DNA of 64,000 bases. Source: Octopus sinensis. Taxonomy: Eukaryota. The position numbers were made by a program, and so were the translations under genes. Positions 25,259 to 36,642 of the stretch are shown in pieces (position 1 is the stretch's first letter; every line of letters begins with the position of its first letter). The notes under the pieces are model-generated. The model was not told the origin of the DNA, made no database searches, and worked only from the letters and a program-made list of their open reading frames with translations. The stretch is from positions 72,168,001-72,232,000 of the forward strand of contig NC_042997.1 of assembly GCF_006345805.1 (NCBI RefSeq). The letters run 5' to 3'.

Positions 25259-25550
25259 CACCTAGGAGGTTCTCCTCCGGGGTACAAGTGTGGGCGGAAA
25301 GTCGCCTCACCGGCGAACGCACAACTTCGGGTTGTTTTTTTTTATGGAAGACCAGTAGTCACCCATGCCTAGCAGTCTCCCACGCCACCGATGTTATCCA
25401 AGGGAGAGGCAAAGGCCGATACAACTTGGCACCAGTGACGTCGCAACTCAATTCTACAGCTGATTAAACTGCAGCAGCGTGAAAAAAACTGCCTTGCTCA
25501 AGAACACAACCTCACGATCTTAAGCTCGACGCTCTAACCACCGAGCCATG
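25259..25550 (-). mobile_element. tRNA-derived SINE family D
   Basis: GCATGGCTCGGTGGTTAGAG head; GTTGCGACGTCACTGGTGCCAAG core shared with 48815-49160. Confidence 0.75.
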
Positions 25551-25585
25551 CACACACACACACATACAGGTACATGTATATATAT

Positions 25586-27914
25586 ATAATTAATCAATAT
25601 AGGGAGGCAAAAAAATTTTGTAGAATTCTTTTGCCCCCAGCGGCCTAGTGGGAAAAAATTAAATAGTCATAACCCATTTTTAAGTTCAATATCACAATCA
25701 AGGAACGGCATAATAGGCCATTCACCCACTAGAAATAACAGCCAAAAAGCTTCAACCGCAAAATAACATTAATTCTGTAAACCAGGAGAAAATTAAAAAA
25801 CATTTACCTGAAATTCCTTATACGATGCACCGTTTCGTCTACTGTTTAATGGCAAACTAACCTGATTAAATTAAATCAAGCCAATCTACCATAGGCCCTT
25901 AGATTCATCAGTAAGGAATAGCCAAATCGGAACAGATATTTTTCACGGGGCATTCACATCCATGCCTCGCCAATATCTGACCTAAAATTTTCAAATCGTC
26001 GCACTCGCGCCAATTTATCGGCAGCAAATAAATATAAGCCGCCGATTCCATTACGGAACTAACCAGAAAATTCATAATTAATCAATATGGAGGCAAAAAA
26101 ATTTTGTAGAATTCTTTTGCCCCCAGCGCCTAGTGGGAAAAAATTAAATAGTCATAAACCATTTTTAAGTTCAATATCACAATCAAGGAACGGCCATAAT
26201 AGGCCATTCACCCACTAGAAATAACAGCCAAAAAGCTTCAACCGCAAAATAACATTAATTCTGTAAACCAGGAGAAAATTAAAAAACATTTACCCTGAAA
26301 TTCCTTATACGATGCACCGTTTCGTCTACTGTTTAATGGCAAACTAACCTGATTAATTAAATCAAGCCAATCTACCATAGGCCCTTAGATTCATCAGTAA
26401 GGAATAGCCAAATCGGAACAGATATTTTTCACGAGGCATTCACGTCCATGCCTCGCCAATATCTGACCTAAAATTTTCAAATCGTCGCACTCGCGCCAAA
26501 TTTATCGGCAGCAAATAAATATAAGCCGCCGATTCCATTACGGAACTAACCAGAAAATTCATAATTAATCAATATAGGGAGGCAAAAAAATTTTGTAGAA
26601 TTCTTTTGCCCCCAGCGGCCTAGTGGGAAAAAATTAAATAGTCATAAACCATTTTTAAGTTCAATATCACAATCAAGGAACGGCCATAATAGGCCATTCA
26701 CCCACTAGAAATAACAGCCAAAAAGCCTCACAAATTCAACACCGCAAAATAACATTAATTCTGTAAACCAGGAGAATTAAAAAAAAACATTTACCCTGAA
26801 ATTCCTTATACGATGCACCGTTTCGTCTACTGTTTAATGGCAAACTAACCTGATTAAATTAAATCAAGCCAATCTACCATAGGCCCTTAGATTCATCAGT
26901 AAGGAATAGCCAAATCGGAACAGATATTTTTCACGAGGCATTCACGTCCTTGCCTCGCCAATATCTGACCTAAAATTTTCAAATCGTCGCACTCGCGCCA
27001 AATTTATCGGCAGCAAATAAATATAAGCCGCCGATTCCATTACGGAACTAACCAGAAAATTCATAATTAATCAATATAGGGAGGCAAAAAAATTTTGTAG
27101 AATTCTTTTGCCCCCAGCGGCCTAGTGGGAAAAAATTAAATAGTCATAAACCATTTTTAAGTTCAATATCACAATCAAGGAACGGCCATAATAGGCCATT
27201 CACCCACTAGAAATAACAGCCAAAAAGCTTCAACCGCAAAATAACATTCAGAAAATAACAAAATAACAAACAGTAGACGAAACGGTGCATCGTATAAGGA
27301 ATTTCAGGGTAAATGTTTTTTTAATTTTCTCCTGGTTTACAGAATAATGTTATTTTGCGGTTGAAGCTTTTTGGCTGTTATTTCTAGTGGGTGAATGGCC
27401 TATTATGGCCGTTCCTTGATTGTGATATTGAACTTAAAAATGGTTTATGACTATTTAATTTTTTCCCAATAGGCCGCTGGGGGCAAAAGAATTCTACAAA
27501 ATTTTTTTGCCTCCCTATATTGATTAATTATGAATTTCTGGTTAGTTCCGTAATGGAATCGGCGGCTTATATTTATTTGCTGCCGATAAATTTGGCGCGA
27601 GTGCGACGATTTGAAAATTTTAGGTCAGATATTGGCGAGGCATGGACGTGAATGCCTCGTGAAAAATATCTGTTCCGATTGGCTATTCCTTACTGATGAA
27701 TCTAAGGGCCTATGGTAGATTGGCTTGATTAATTTAATCAGGTTAGTTTGCCATTAAACAGTAGACGAAACGGTGCATCGTATAAGGAATTTCAGGGTAA
27801 ATGTTTTTTTAATTTTCTCCTGGTTTACAGAATTAATGTTATTTTGCGGTTGAAGCTTTTTGGCTGTTATTTCTAGTGGGTGAATGGCCTATTATGCCGT
27901 TCCTTGATTGTGAT

Positions 27915-27918
<4 letters not shown>
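25586..27918. repeat. Fold-back tandem array 1 of ~488-bp HHR-containing monomers
   Basis: Units start at 25586, 26074, 26561, 27063 (partial to ~27249); inverted copy 27268-27918; TA runs at both outer ends. Confidence 0.95.
25813..25919 (-). ncRNA. Type I hammerhead ribozyme, array 1 (also 26300-26405 and 26801-26907 on minus; 27685-27790 on plus)
   Basis: AUUCCUUA-CUGAUGA-AUCUA..(insert)..UAGAC-GAAA-CG-GUGCAU-CG-UA-UAAGGAAU: 8-bp stem I, GUA cleavage triplet, palindromic loop III. Confidence 0.8.
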
Positions 27919-27990
<72 letters not shown>

Positions 27991-27995
<5 letters not shown>

Positions 27996-29475
27996 ATAGA
28001 GGGCATTATTACACATAAATGCCTCACACTAGGAGGGACAAAGTCATTACTACCAAAATTATACTAATCATACCCAAATGCAGTTTTTCAAAGCAAGACA
28101 TTTAAAAAATGAATTTAGTTCTGTATCACCGTGATTTCACATTCAACTTACGTCTAATGATCATCAGCAGAACTGATTCTGAACACATCATAAATAAACT
28201 ACCAACCTTACGTAGCGAAGACGAACAGACAACTGCTCACTCCGGCCAAGCACATGGAATGTTTATAAATCATATATCCGGTAAATGGCGGGTTTTTTAC
28301 GAACTGCATGTCGGGTAATGAAAAGTATTTCGGAATAAGTTTAACACTTAAGGATAATCTCTTAATAAGGGATCTTAACAAGAAATTATCGGGTAGCTAG
28401 CGTGAAAACCTCATAAAAGAAAAGAATTCGAAAATAATTCGAAAATAATTCGAAAACGCTAGCTACCCGATAATTTCTTGTTAAGATCCCTTATTAAGAG
28501 ATTATCCTTAATTGTTAAACTTATTCCGAAATACTTTTCATTACCCGACATGCAGTTCGTAAAAAGCCCGCCATTTACCGGATATATGATTTATAAACAT
28601 TCCATGTGCTTGGCCGGAGTGAGCAGTTGTCTGTTCGTCTTCGCTACGTAAGGTTGGTAGTTTATTTATGATGTGTTCAGAATCAGTTCTGCTGATGATC
28701 ATTAGACGTAAGTTGAATGTGAAATCACGGTGATACAGAACTAAATTCATTTTTTAAATGTCTTGCTTTGAAAAACTGCATTTGGGTATGATTAGTATAA
28801 GTTTGGTAGTAATGACTTTGTCCTCCTAGTGTGAGGCATTTATGTGTAATAATGCCCTCTATACAATATAGATATAATTAATTTGTTCAAAAGAAAAAAA
28901 TTATTTTCGAATTCTTTTCTTTTATGAGGTTTTCACGCTAGCTACCCGATAATTTCTTGTTAAGATCCCTTATTAAGAGATTATCCTTAAGTGTTAAACT
29001 TATTCCGAAATACTTTTCATTACCGACATGCAGTTCGTAAAAAGCCCGCCATTTACGGATATATGATTATAAACATTCCATGTGCTTGGCCGGAGTGAGC
29101 AGTTGTCTGTTCGTCTTCGCTACGTAAGGTTGGTAGTTTATTATGATGTGTTCAGAATCAGTTCTGCTGATGATCATTAGACGTAAGTTGAATGTGAAAT
29201 CACGGTGATACAGAACTAAATCATTTTAAATGTCTTGCTTTGAAAAACTGCATTTGGGTATGATTAGTATAATTTTTGTAGTAATGACTTTGTCCCTCCT
29301 AGTGTGAGGCATTTATGTGTAATAATGCCCTCTATACAATATAGATATAATTAATTTGTTCAAAAGAAAAAAATTATTTTCGAATTCTTTTCTTTTATGA
29401 GGTTTTCACGCTAGCTACCCGATAATTTCTTGTTAAGATCCCTTATTAAGAGATTATCCTTAATTGTTAAACTTA
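27991..29475. repeat. Fold-back tandem array 2 of ~475-480-bp HHR-containing monomers
   Basis: Inverted copy 27991-~28432, then direct units with matching points at 28457, 28936, 29409; (TA)n at both outer ends. Confidence 0.95.
28685..28742 (+). ncRNA. Type I hammerhead ribozyme, array 2 (also 29160-29217 on plus; 28117-28174 on minus)
   Basis: AGUUCUG-CUGAUGA-U CAUU A GAC GUAA GUU G AAUG U-GAAA-UCAC G GUGA-UA-CAGAACU: 7-bp stem I, GUAA-capped stem II, pseudo-palindromic stem III, AUA triplet. Confidence 0.85.
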
Positions 29476-29540
29476 TATATATATATACTTGTATCTGTAT
29501 GCGTGTTATATAATATTATATATATATATATATATAACAT

Positions 29541-29626
<86 letters not shown>

Positions 29627-29634
29627 TATATATA

Positions 29635-29671
<37 letters not shown>

Positions 29672-30069
29672 TATATATACACAAAACATTATATATATAT
29701 ATATATACACAACAACAAGGTGCTAGAAAGACAGGTCAGTTATTCCTATACAATTTTTTGTAAATTCTTAAATATATTTCCTTCTGTGTGTATATATAGT
29801 ACCAAACAAATATGATCTTTATTGAATTCAAAATGCTTTTTGGAGTCCCGTTGGAGTACTTTCTTAAATACTTTCTTGTAAACTGTTTTTAACATTTTCT
29901 TATTATTATCAAAGAATGTATTTCTGTTTTTTAATACTTTTGTGATACCCAGTACTTAACACAACAAAACTCATACAAAGCTTTACATTTTACTTTTGAC
30001 AATCTTTTTCTAAAAAAAGGAAACCGGTCAAGTGAATAAAGATCTTTAAAATTGCATTTTCAAACCTTC

Positions 30070-30147
<78 letters not shown>

Positions 30148-30151
<4 letters not shown>

Positions 30152-30672
30152 GTCACTAAATGTGACTAAGGTGTTAAGAAACACCTACATTGCTAGAAAT
30201 AAGAGCTAAACCGCTCTAATACTGTAGTTAACGCACACGAATGAAAACAGAACACTAACAGGAACCACAATCACCTGCAAAGTGCCGATAGAGAATTCTT
30301 AATACTAACACCCTAGTCTCATTTAGTGACAATTATTATTCTCCTTTTTGGTGAAATACTGCAAACTGCTATTTGTATTAATTTTGTGTATACATATTAG
30401 CGAATCGATAAGTTATCCAATAATTTGGATGAAGAAAATAAATACTAATGGTGAAGCGAGCCCAGAAAGAGCCAGACAATCGAGCGGTTGTAGATGATGA
30501 GGCAACGGAAATTGCCGAAACTGCCGAAACTGACGTTTCGATCGGCACTTTTCGGTCGATTATCGTCCCTGTTAGTGTGTTTTCATTCATGTGTGTTAAC
30601 TACAGCATTTAGAGCAGTTTAGTTCTTATTTCTCCTTTTTAGTGAAACATTGCAAAATGCTGTTTATATTAA
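30148..30672 (+). mobile_element. Penelope-like repeat with inverted arm and degenerate HHR core (30495-30540)
   Basis: 30148-30292 is inverse to 30303-30330 and 30538-30632; (A)TGATGA-GGCAA cggaaa TTGCC-GAAA..GTT; stem I weak. Confidence 0.55.
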
Positions 30673-31509
30673 TGTATGTATGTATGTATGTATGTATGAA
30701 TGTATGTATGTATGTATGTATGTATGTATGTATGTATGTATGTACACGCACACACATCATAAATGCTTCTGCAGAGAAGTCTAAGATCACGTGACACTCT
30801 AATCAGCAAATATGCAGGAATGGTGAGTGTATGTTACAACATGCTCACTGACATCGGTGATGTACGGAAACCGCTAAAATATGAGAAACACGATTTTTTT
30901 TTTCAATTTACTGTCGAAATAACTTTGAAGGAGTGTCGCATTATTGAAATTGACCTTAAAAGTAGAACTTTAAAAGTATTTTACGGAAATGAGTTATTAA
31001 AATCTATATATATATATATATTTCGCAGATGTAGCGAAATATTTTTCTGCAAAGTAATGATGACATGTCTAAATAAAATTTGAAATAACCAGATGTACAG
31101 CAACAATATATAGTTTAAATATCAACTTCGGAAAAGGAATTGTGGTAGTTTATATATATATATATATATATATAGCATATCTTGAGTATAGTTAGATGTA
31201 CGACTGCTACTGTTGAGTTCAAAGTTCCATCTAGATTTTCATTACCCAGTCTCTTTCTCGTATGGTGCTTAAACACACAAGTTTAAATTATTTGTTCCTA
31301 TGTACGTTTCACAGGACATCTCACTGTAAGATCATACAATAAGGTGTTTCCCAGATGATTTGTAATAGTTAAGCATCCAATCCAATTCCACTTGGAACAT
31401 CCGATGCCGTATTTCCAACCACAATGGTGAAACGTACCGAGGGAACGAATGATATAAACTTGTGTGTATCAAAATTTTTCACATACATGTGTGTGTGTGT
31501 GTGTGTGTG

Positions 31510-31820
31510 AAGATATGTGACTGAGTGGTTAGGTTACGATCAGCTCTCGATCGCAAGGCCGTAACTCCAATACCTGGCGTTGTGTCCTTAAGCAAGACAC
31601 TTTGTTTCACGCTGCTCCAGACATTCAGCTGGCAAAAATGAGAAGTACCTGTATGCCAAACAACCAACTTTGTCACAATTTGTGTTACACTGAATCTCCC
31701 TGGGAACTATGTTAAAAGTACACGTGTTTGTAGAGTGCTCAGCCACACATTAATTTCACGAACAGGCTTTTCCGTTAATCGGATCCATTGGAACCCATGT
31801 TAGCATAACCGACGGAGTGC
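31510..31820 (+). mobile_element. Diverged tRNA-derived SINE
   Basis: TGACTGAGTGGTTAGG head, TGTGTCCTTAAGCAAGACAC, tail CATAACCGACGGAGTG shared with 33900-34060(-). Confidence 0.6.
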
Positions 31821-31921
31821 CAGTTATATTTATGTGCGTGTATGCGTGTGTATGGTATTATATATTATATATGCGCGTGTGTGTATACATACGCTCACAC
31901 ACACACACACACATATATCTT

Positions 31922-32260
31922 CGCTTCTTGACGATGTCTGTTAGGGTGTCTAGCCCTGATCACCGCATGATCTCCTCATTGGTGATCTGCTCCCTCCACG
32001 ATATTTCACGTATAACACGAATGCATCACCTATGGAAGACGTCCAATTTGTTGTTGATACTAACTGTGCTTTTTCACGTCTCGCACGCATAGATAGCAGT
32101 AAGCTCTACAATCGATATGTAGAGATGGATTTTCACATCTCTGGTGGTGGAATTATTGGTCCACACTGGGGGAAGACGTCTGAACAAACGTGCAACTTGT
32201 CCAATACGGGCTTGAACGTCAATTTTCGCGTCACGATCATTACGGATAGTGCTTCCTAGG
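31922..32260 (-). pseudogene. RTE-like LINE RT C-terminal fragment
   Basis: LGSTI..DVQARIGQ..KIHLYISIV..YACET*..KLDVFHR*CIRVIREISWREQITNEEIMR with stops. Confidence 0.75.
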
Positions 32261-32268
32261 TATTTGAA

Positions 32269-32313
<45 letters not shown>

Positions 32314-32359
32314 GTGTGTGTGTGTGTGGTGTGTGTGTGTGTGTGTGTGTATTTCTTTA

Positions 32360-32850
32360 CTACCTGCAAGGGGCTAAACACAGTCGAGACAAACAAGGGC
32401 ATACAAACGGATTAAGTCGATTATATCGACCCCAGTGTGTAACTGGTACTTAATTTATCGACCCCGAAAGGATGAAAGGCAAAGTCGACCTTGGCGGAAT
32501 TTGAACTCAGAACGTAAAGACAGACGAAATACCGCTAATCAATAAGGCATTCAATAAAGCATTAAAACAAAATTACTCTCTACAGAGAGTATGCATGTAT
32601 ATATATACATGCATACTCTCTGTATATACATGCATACTCTCTGTAGAGAGTCATTTTGTTTTAATTCCTTATTGATTAGCGGTATTTCGTCTGTCTTTAC
32701 GTTCTGAGTTCAAATTCCGCCGAGGTCGACTTTGCCTTTCATCCTTTCGGGGTCGATAAATTAAGTACCAGTTGCGTACTGGGGTCGATCTAATCGACTG
32801 GCCCTCTCAACCAAAATTTCGGGCCTTGTGCCTAGAGTAGAAAAGAATAT
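32360..32850. repeat. Head-to-head SINE B pair forming a ~400-bp quasi-palindrome centred on (TA)n
   Basis: Arms ~32410-32612 and ~32633-32800, including non-SINE sequence. Confidence 0.85.
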
Positions 32851-32854
32851 TATT

Positions 32855-33900
32855 TTATTCACTTAGTGTTACATTAGTGCAATGCATCGGTCCACACACA
32901 TATTTCCACTGTTCCTAGCAGTCCAGGAACTTTTGCGAAGTGATGCCTTTTAACGCCTCCGTCGTTTTTTCTTCACCTCTTCCACATCTGCAAAAACAAA
33001 GTCGCAGGGTGCAAGATTGGATGAATAAGGAGCATGGTTAGGCAGGGTCATGCCATTTTTGGTTTAAAACTGTCTGACACTCAAGGCGGTGCGCGCAGGC
33101 GCATTGTCATGATGAAACCACTATTCTGCACTTTACAACAGGCCGGTGCATTTTCGTCTCACCACGTCTCGCAAATGCTCCAGGGCTGCCAAGTAAAATG
33201 TCTGGTTAACAGTTTGATCAGGAGGAACAAGTTTTGAATGGATAATTCCTTTCGCATCGATGAAACAAATCAGCATCGTCTTGACATTGGACTTCACTGG
33301 ACAAGCTTTAAGGGGGCGTGGTGACGTCGAATGCTTCCATTGACTTGATCGCTGGTTCGTCTCCGGTCGTAGCCGTAGCACTAGCTTACGTCACTAGGTC
33401 CGGATCAACATCCAGCTGTTCTCTCAGTTTACGACACGCTTTCAGTATTGACTGATTTTGATCTTCCGTAAGCAAGCGAAGCGCAAATTTTGCTGCAACT
33501 CTTTTCATTCGCAATTCCTCGACCAAAATTCGTTGGGAGGCGCTCTAGGAACACTACTCATATCAACAAGCTCGTCAATTGTTCGGTGACGGTCCTCCAA
33601 GATCAGTTTATGAATTTTCGTAATGTTTTCATTCGTCCGGAAGGTCGACAGTCGCCCTATACGAGACCATTCCTAAAGCGTGAAAATTACTCGTTAACTT
33701 GTGTTTTGCTTATGGCAGAGTCCTTGTAAGCTGTTTGAAGTATGATAACTGTTTCAGCTGCATTTACCCCGACAAAAAAAAAACAGAATTTCACGGAAGT
33801 ATGCTGTTCCTTCGTTTCCGCCATCGCAAAAGTCGACGAACAGAGAAGAAGCACTGCTAAACAAAGACGCACCACGATGCACGACAATACCTTACGATGC
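32855..33900 (-). mobile_element. Mariner transposase pseudogene
   Basis: EQHTSVKFCF..AAETVIILQTAYKDSAISKTQV, KSNVKTMLICFIDAKGIIHSKLVPPDQTVNQTFY, HHDNAPAH-like motif. Confidence 0.85.
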
Positions 33901-34059
33901 CTGAGGATTGCATCAAGTGGTTTCTAGTGGCGGAAGCAACGGGCTTGTTCTACAGAGAACTTTCCGGTTACGTTTGGGTACCCCCTTGTATGTATGCGTT
34001 TGTGTGTATGTGCCTCTCTGTGTGTGTGTGTGGTGTGTGTGTGTGTGTGTGCAAAGGAC

Positions 34060-34350
34060 GGATGAACCCAGTATCTGATCAACGACAATCTAGCTCGGCA
34101 ATTCCGGATTGGTGTCCAACATGCTAGAAGGCCACTGGGAGTAAGGCACTCCTTAGTTTTTGCTAAAATATGTCTTTAGGAGAAAGAGTGGTGAAAGAGT
34201 ACAGCAGGGATCACCACTCCCTGCCGGAGCCTCGTGGAGCTTTTAGGTGTTTTCGCCCAATAAACACTCACAACGCCCGGTCTGGGAATCGAAACCATGA
34301 TCCTGCGACCGTGAGTCCGCTGCCCTAACCACTAGGCCATTGCGCCTCCA
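34060..34350 (-). mobile_element. tRNA-derived SINE family C
   Basis: GGAGGCGCAATGGCCTAGTGGTTAGGGCAGCGGACTC..GTTTCGATTCCC; copies at 41139-41435(+) and 60190-60482(+). Confidence 0.88.
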
Positions 34351-34351
34351 C

Positions 34352-34415
<64 letters not shown>

Positions 34416-34789
34416 ATGTATGTATGTATTGAAAGATACATATAACACGCACATACATATATTTATATATGTATATGTGAGTTTGTTTGTATAGAAGGGG
34501 AGAGAGAGAGAGAAAGCGGGAGAGGGTGAGAAAAGGAAAGATCATTTATTAATGCACACGTATATTTCTGTAAATATACTTCCTAGTTTGTTTGACGTGA
34601 AGCAAGTACAGCAAGGCCACACTTAAGAACTGAACAGGCCATTAGCCTCTACTTTTCTGTCTCATCTCAGCTTCAACATCCTTCCGCTGCAACTGTTTTT
34701 TTTCTCTTTTCTTTATTTCTCGTTTCATCTAGCATTATTTCCTTTAACCAGTTTATATTTTCGTTCTTTCTTTTTTAAAATGCCAGTCG

Positions 34790-35670
34790 ACTCTTACCCC
34801 CAGACTACACTGTTTTTGTCGTGTAACGTGGGTCGTTTCGCATTCTAATAAACGAGAATTTTCAGGAGGCCTCTGGGAAAGCGAAACGACACCGTTACAC
34901 GACGAAAACAGTGTAGTCTGGGGGTAAGAATCTGATACCCTGAGGATACATAAAAAGTGATGGTTCAAGAAAGTTGGTTAAAATTAAATTTAACTTGAAT
35001 AGTTCCAAATGCATCCAGTTGCTGAAGAACAATTTGATACCAGACTTGGATGAAGGTAAGATTTTTCAGCATGACGGAGCTCCATGCCGCAGATCGCGTG
35101 CAACACCACAGTGTTTGGCTGATGAAAGTGTTACCGTATTGAAAGATTGGTCAGCTCAGAGCCCTGACTTAAGTATCATCGGAGAATATGGACAGAACTA
35201 AAGAGAAGAGTTCGTCAGAAGAATCCACGTAATATTGAAGAGTTGCAGAAACTCAGTCACAGAGAATAGCATCTCATACCTGTGAAGATGGTGAAGGATT
35301 TGAAAGCATCTCTTCCCAGGCGCAATTAAGCAATTATTCAAGCTAAGGGATTATACACGAAATATTAGCAATGTACAGTAACTTCTTGAAATGAACATTA
35401 TGTAATAAATTTTCATTAGACATTTTTCTGTTTTAAAATACTGTATCTTGATTGGTTTATTGAGGTGGCCGAAATATTTTACACAGCCATTTTTGGTAGT
35501 CGTTTCGCATCTTCCCCTCTCATTCAAAACCCCTACTATAAAATAGATTAAGTATAGAAATGACTCCAATATGACCAATGTTTCATCCGTAAAAACGCAA
35601 TGCGAAACATTCACTTATTAGTTTAAATTTACAATAGATCAAAGTAGCTGAACACTTTTGCACAGTACTG
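34790..35670 (+). mobile_element. Tc1 transposon 3' remnant with fold-back at its truncation point
   Basis: FQHDGAPC, WSAQSPDLSII; 3' TIR AACACTTTTGCACAGTACTG; ~50-bp inverted arms at 34790-34841 and 34880-34930. Confidence 0.8.
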
Positions 35671-35927
35671 TGTCTATGTATGTATCTGTGTCTTGACAGC
35701 CGATGTAATGCTACTTCTAAAATCTCTCTAAGAGATCAACGCAGTAGCTTTACTAACAAGTAATATTCGTAGCCACTTCAACATGACTGTCCATTCTCGG
35801 TATTTTGGCGCGCCAAAACGAAGATTTTTGAAAGATAACCCCAAACGTAATTGGTAGAACTATATACATGTTCAATCTCATGCGGACGTCTCGTGTATAG
35901 TTCTGCAAATTATATTTTGCTATGATG

Positions 35928-35999
35928 ATCACACTGATGAGTTGCGGACAATTACGTAAGTAATTACGTAAGTAGTAACAACTAAACCAGGTTTGTGAT
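35928..35999 (+). ncRNA. Degenerate type I HHR (G12 to U) in repeat family P4 copy ~35720-36265
   Basis: ATCACA-CTGATGA-GTTG..CAAC-TAAA-CCAGG-TT-TGTGAT; flanks homologous to 59040-59480. Confidence 0.65.
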
Positions 36000-36260
36000 T
36001 AATCTTTATATTTTGTATCTTTTCAATTGTCTTGCTCGCTTACGTTCTGGCGTTTGCTGAATTTTCTTGAGAACAATCCTTTCTTAGTGGTAAGACCATA
36101 GGAGGTCTACTTCTAGTATAATGGATGTCCACTTAGTGGTCATCCCTCTTATATGTATGTAATATAATTTTTCTGAATCTTCAGATTCTTCAATATGCTA
36201 GACCATTGGTTGAATTGATATTAATCAAATTAATATTCAATCTTTCACCCTTTTTTTAAA

Positions 36261-36294
<34 letters not shown>

Positions 36295-36505
36295 TTACAT
36301 TCAAAACTGGGTTAAATCGAGAATTTCGAACCACGAATCCACCTTTATCATTAATCTCTTATTCTTTTATTTTTAACATTCCTTTCTCTCAGTACATTCC
36401 ATAATTGATCATTATTTCTTCTTATTTATCTCCCCTGCACTAATATAATTTCGTTTCCTTTTCACCTTCTTCGTTCCTTACAGATTTTTATATGTTAGTT
36501 TGTTA

Positions 36506-36642
36506 GTTAGTTAGTTAATTTTTTGGCTCAAAAAGCAAAAAGCAAGGCCATGTAGGGGGACATGGAGATATATGTACAGGGTGGTGTTCATGTAAAGAGT
36601 TCAGGCCACTTGAGGTCAAGGGAGACTTTGAACCGAGCGGTT
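36506..36642 (-). mobile_element. LINE 3' end with (ACTA)n tail
   Basis: Unique sequence ending in AAAAAATTAACTAACTAACTAAC on the minus strand. Confidence 0.4.

Noticed and set aside
28109-28750. 69-aa ORF present on both strands
   Set aside because: A by-product of the inverted repeat; it overlaps the HHR antisense and has no recognisable domain.
25586-29475. CRISPR array or bacterial contamination
   Set aside because: Whole monomers repeat without unique spacers, there are no cas genes, and the context is eukaryotic.
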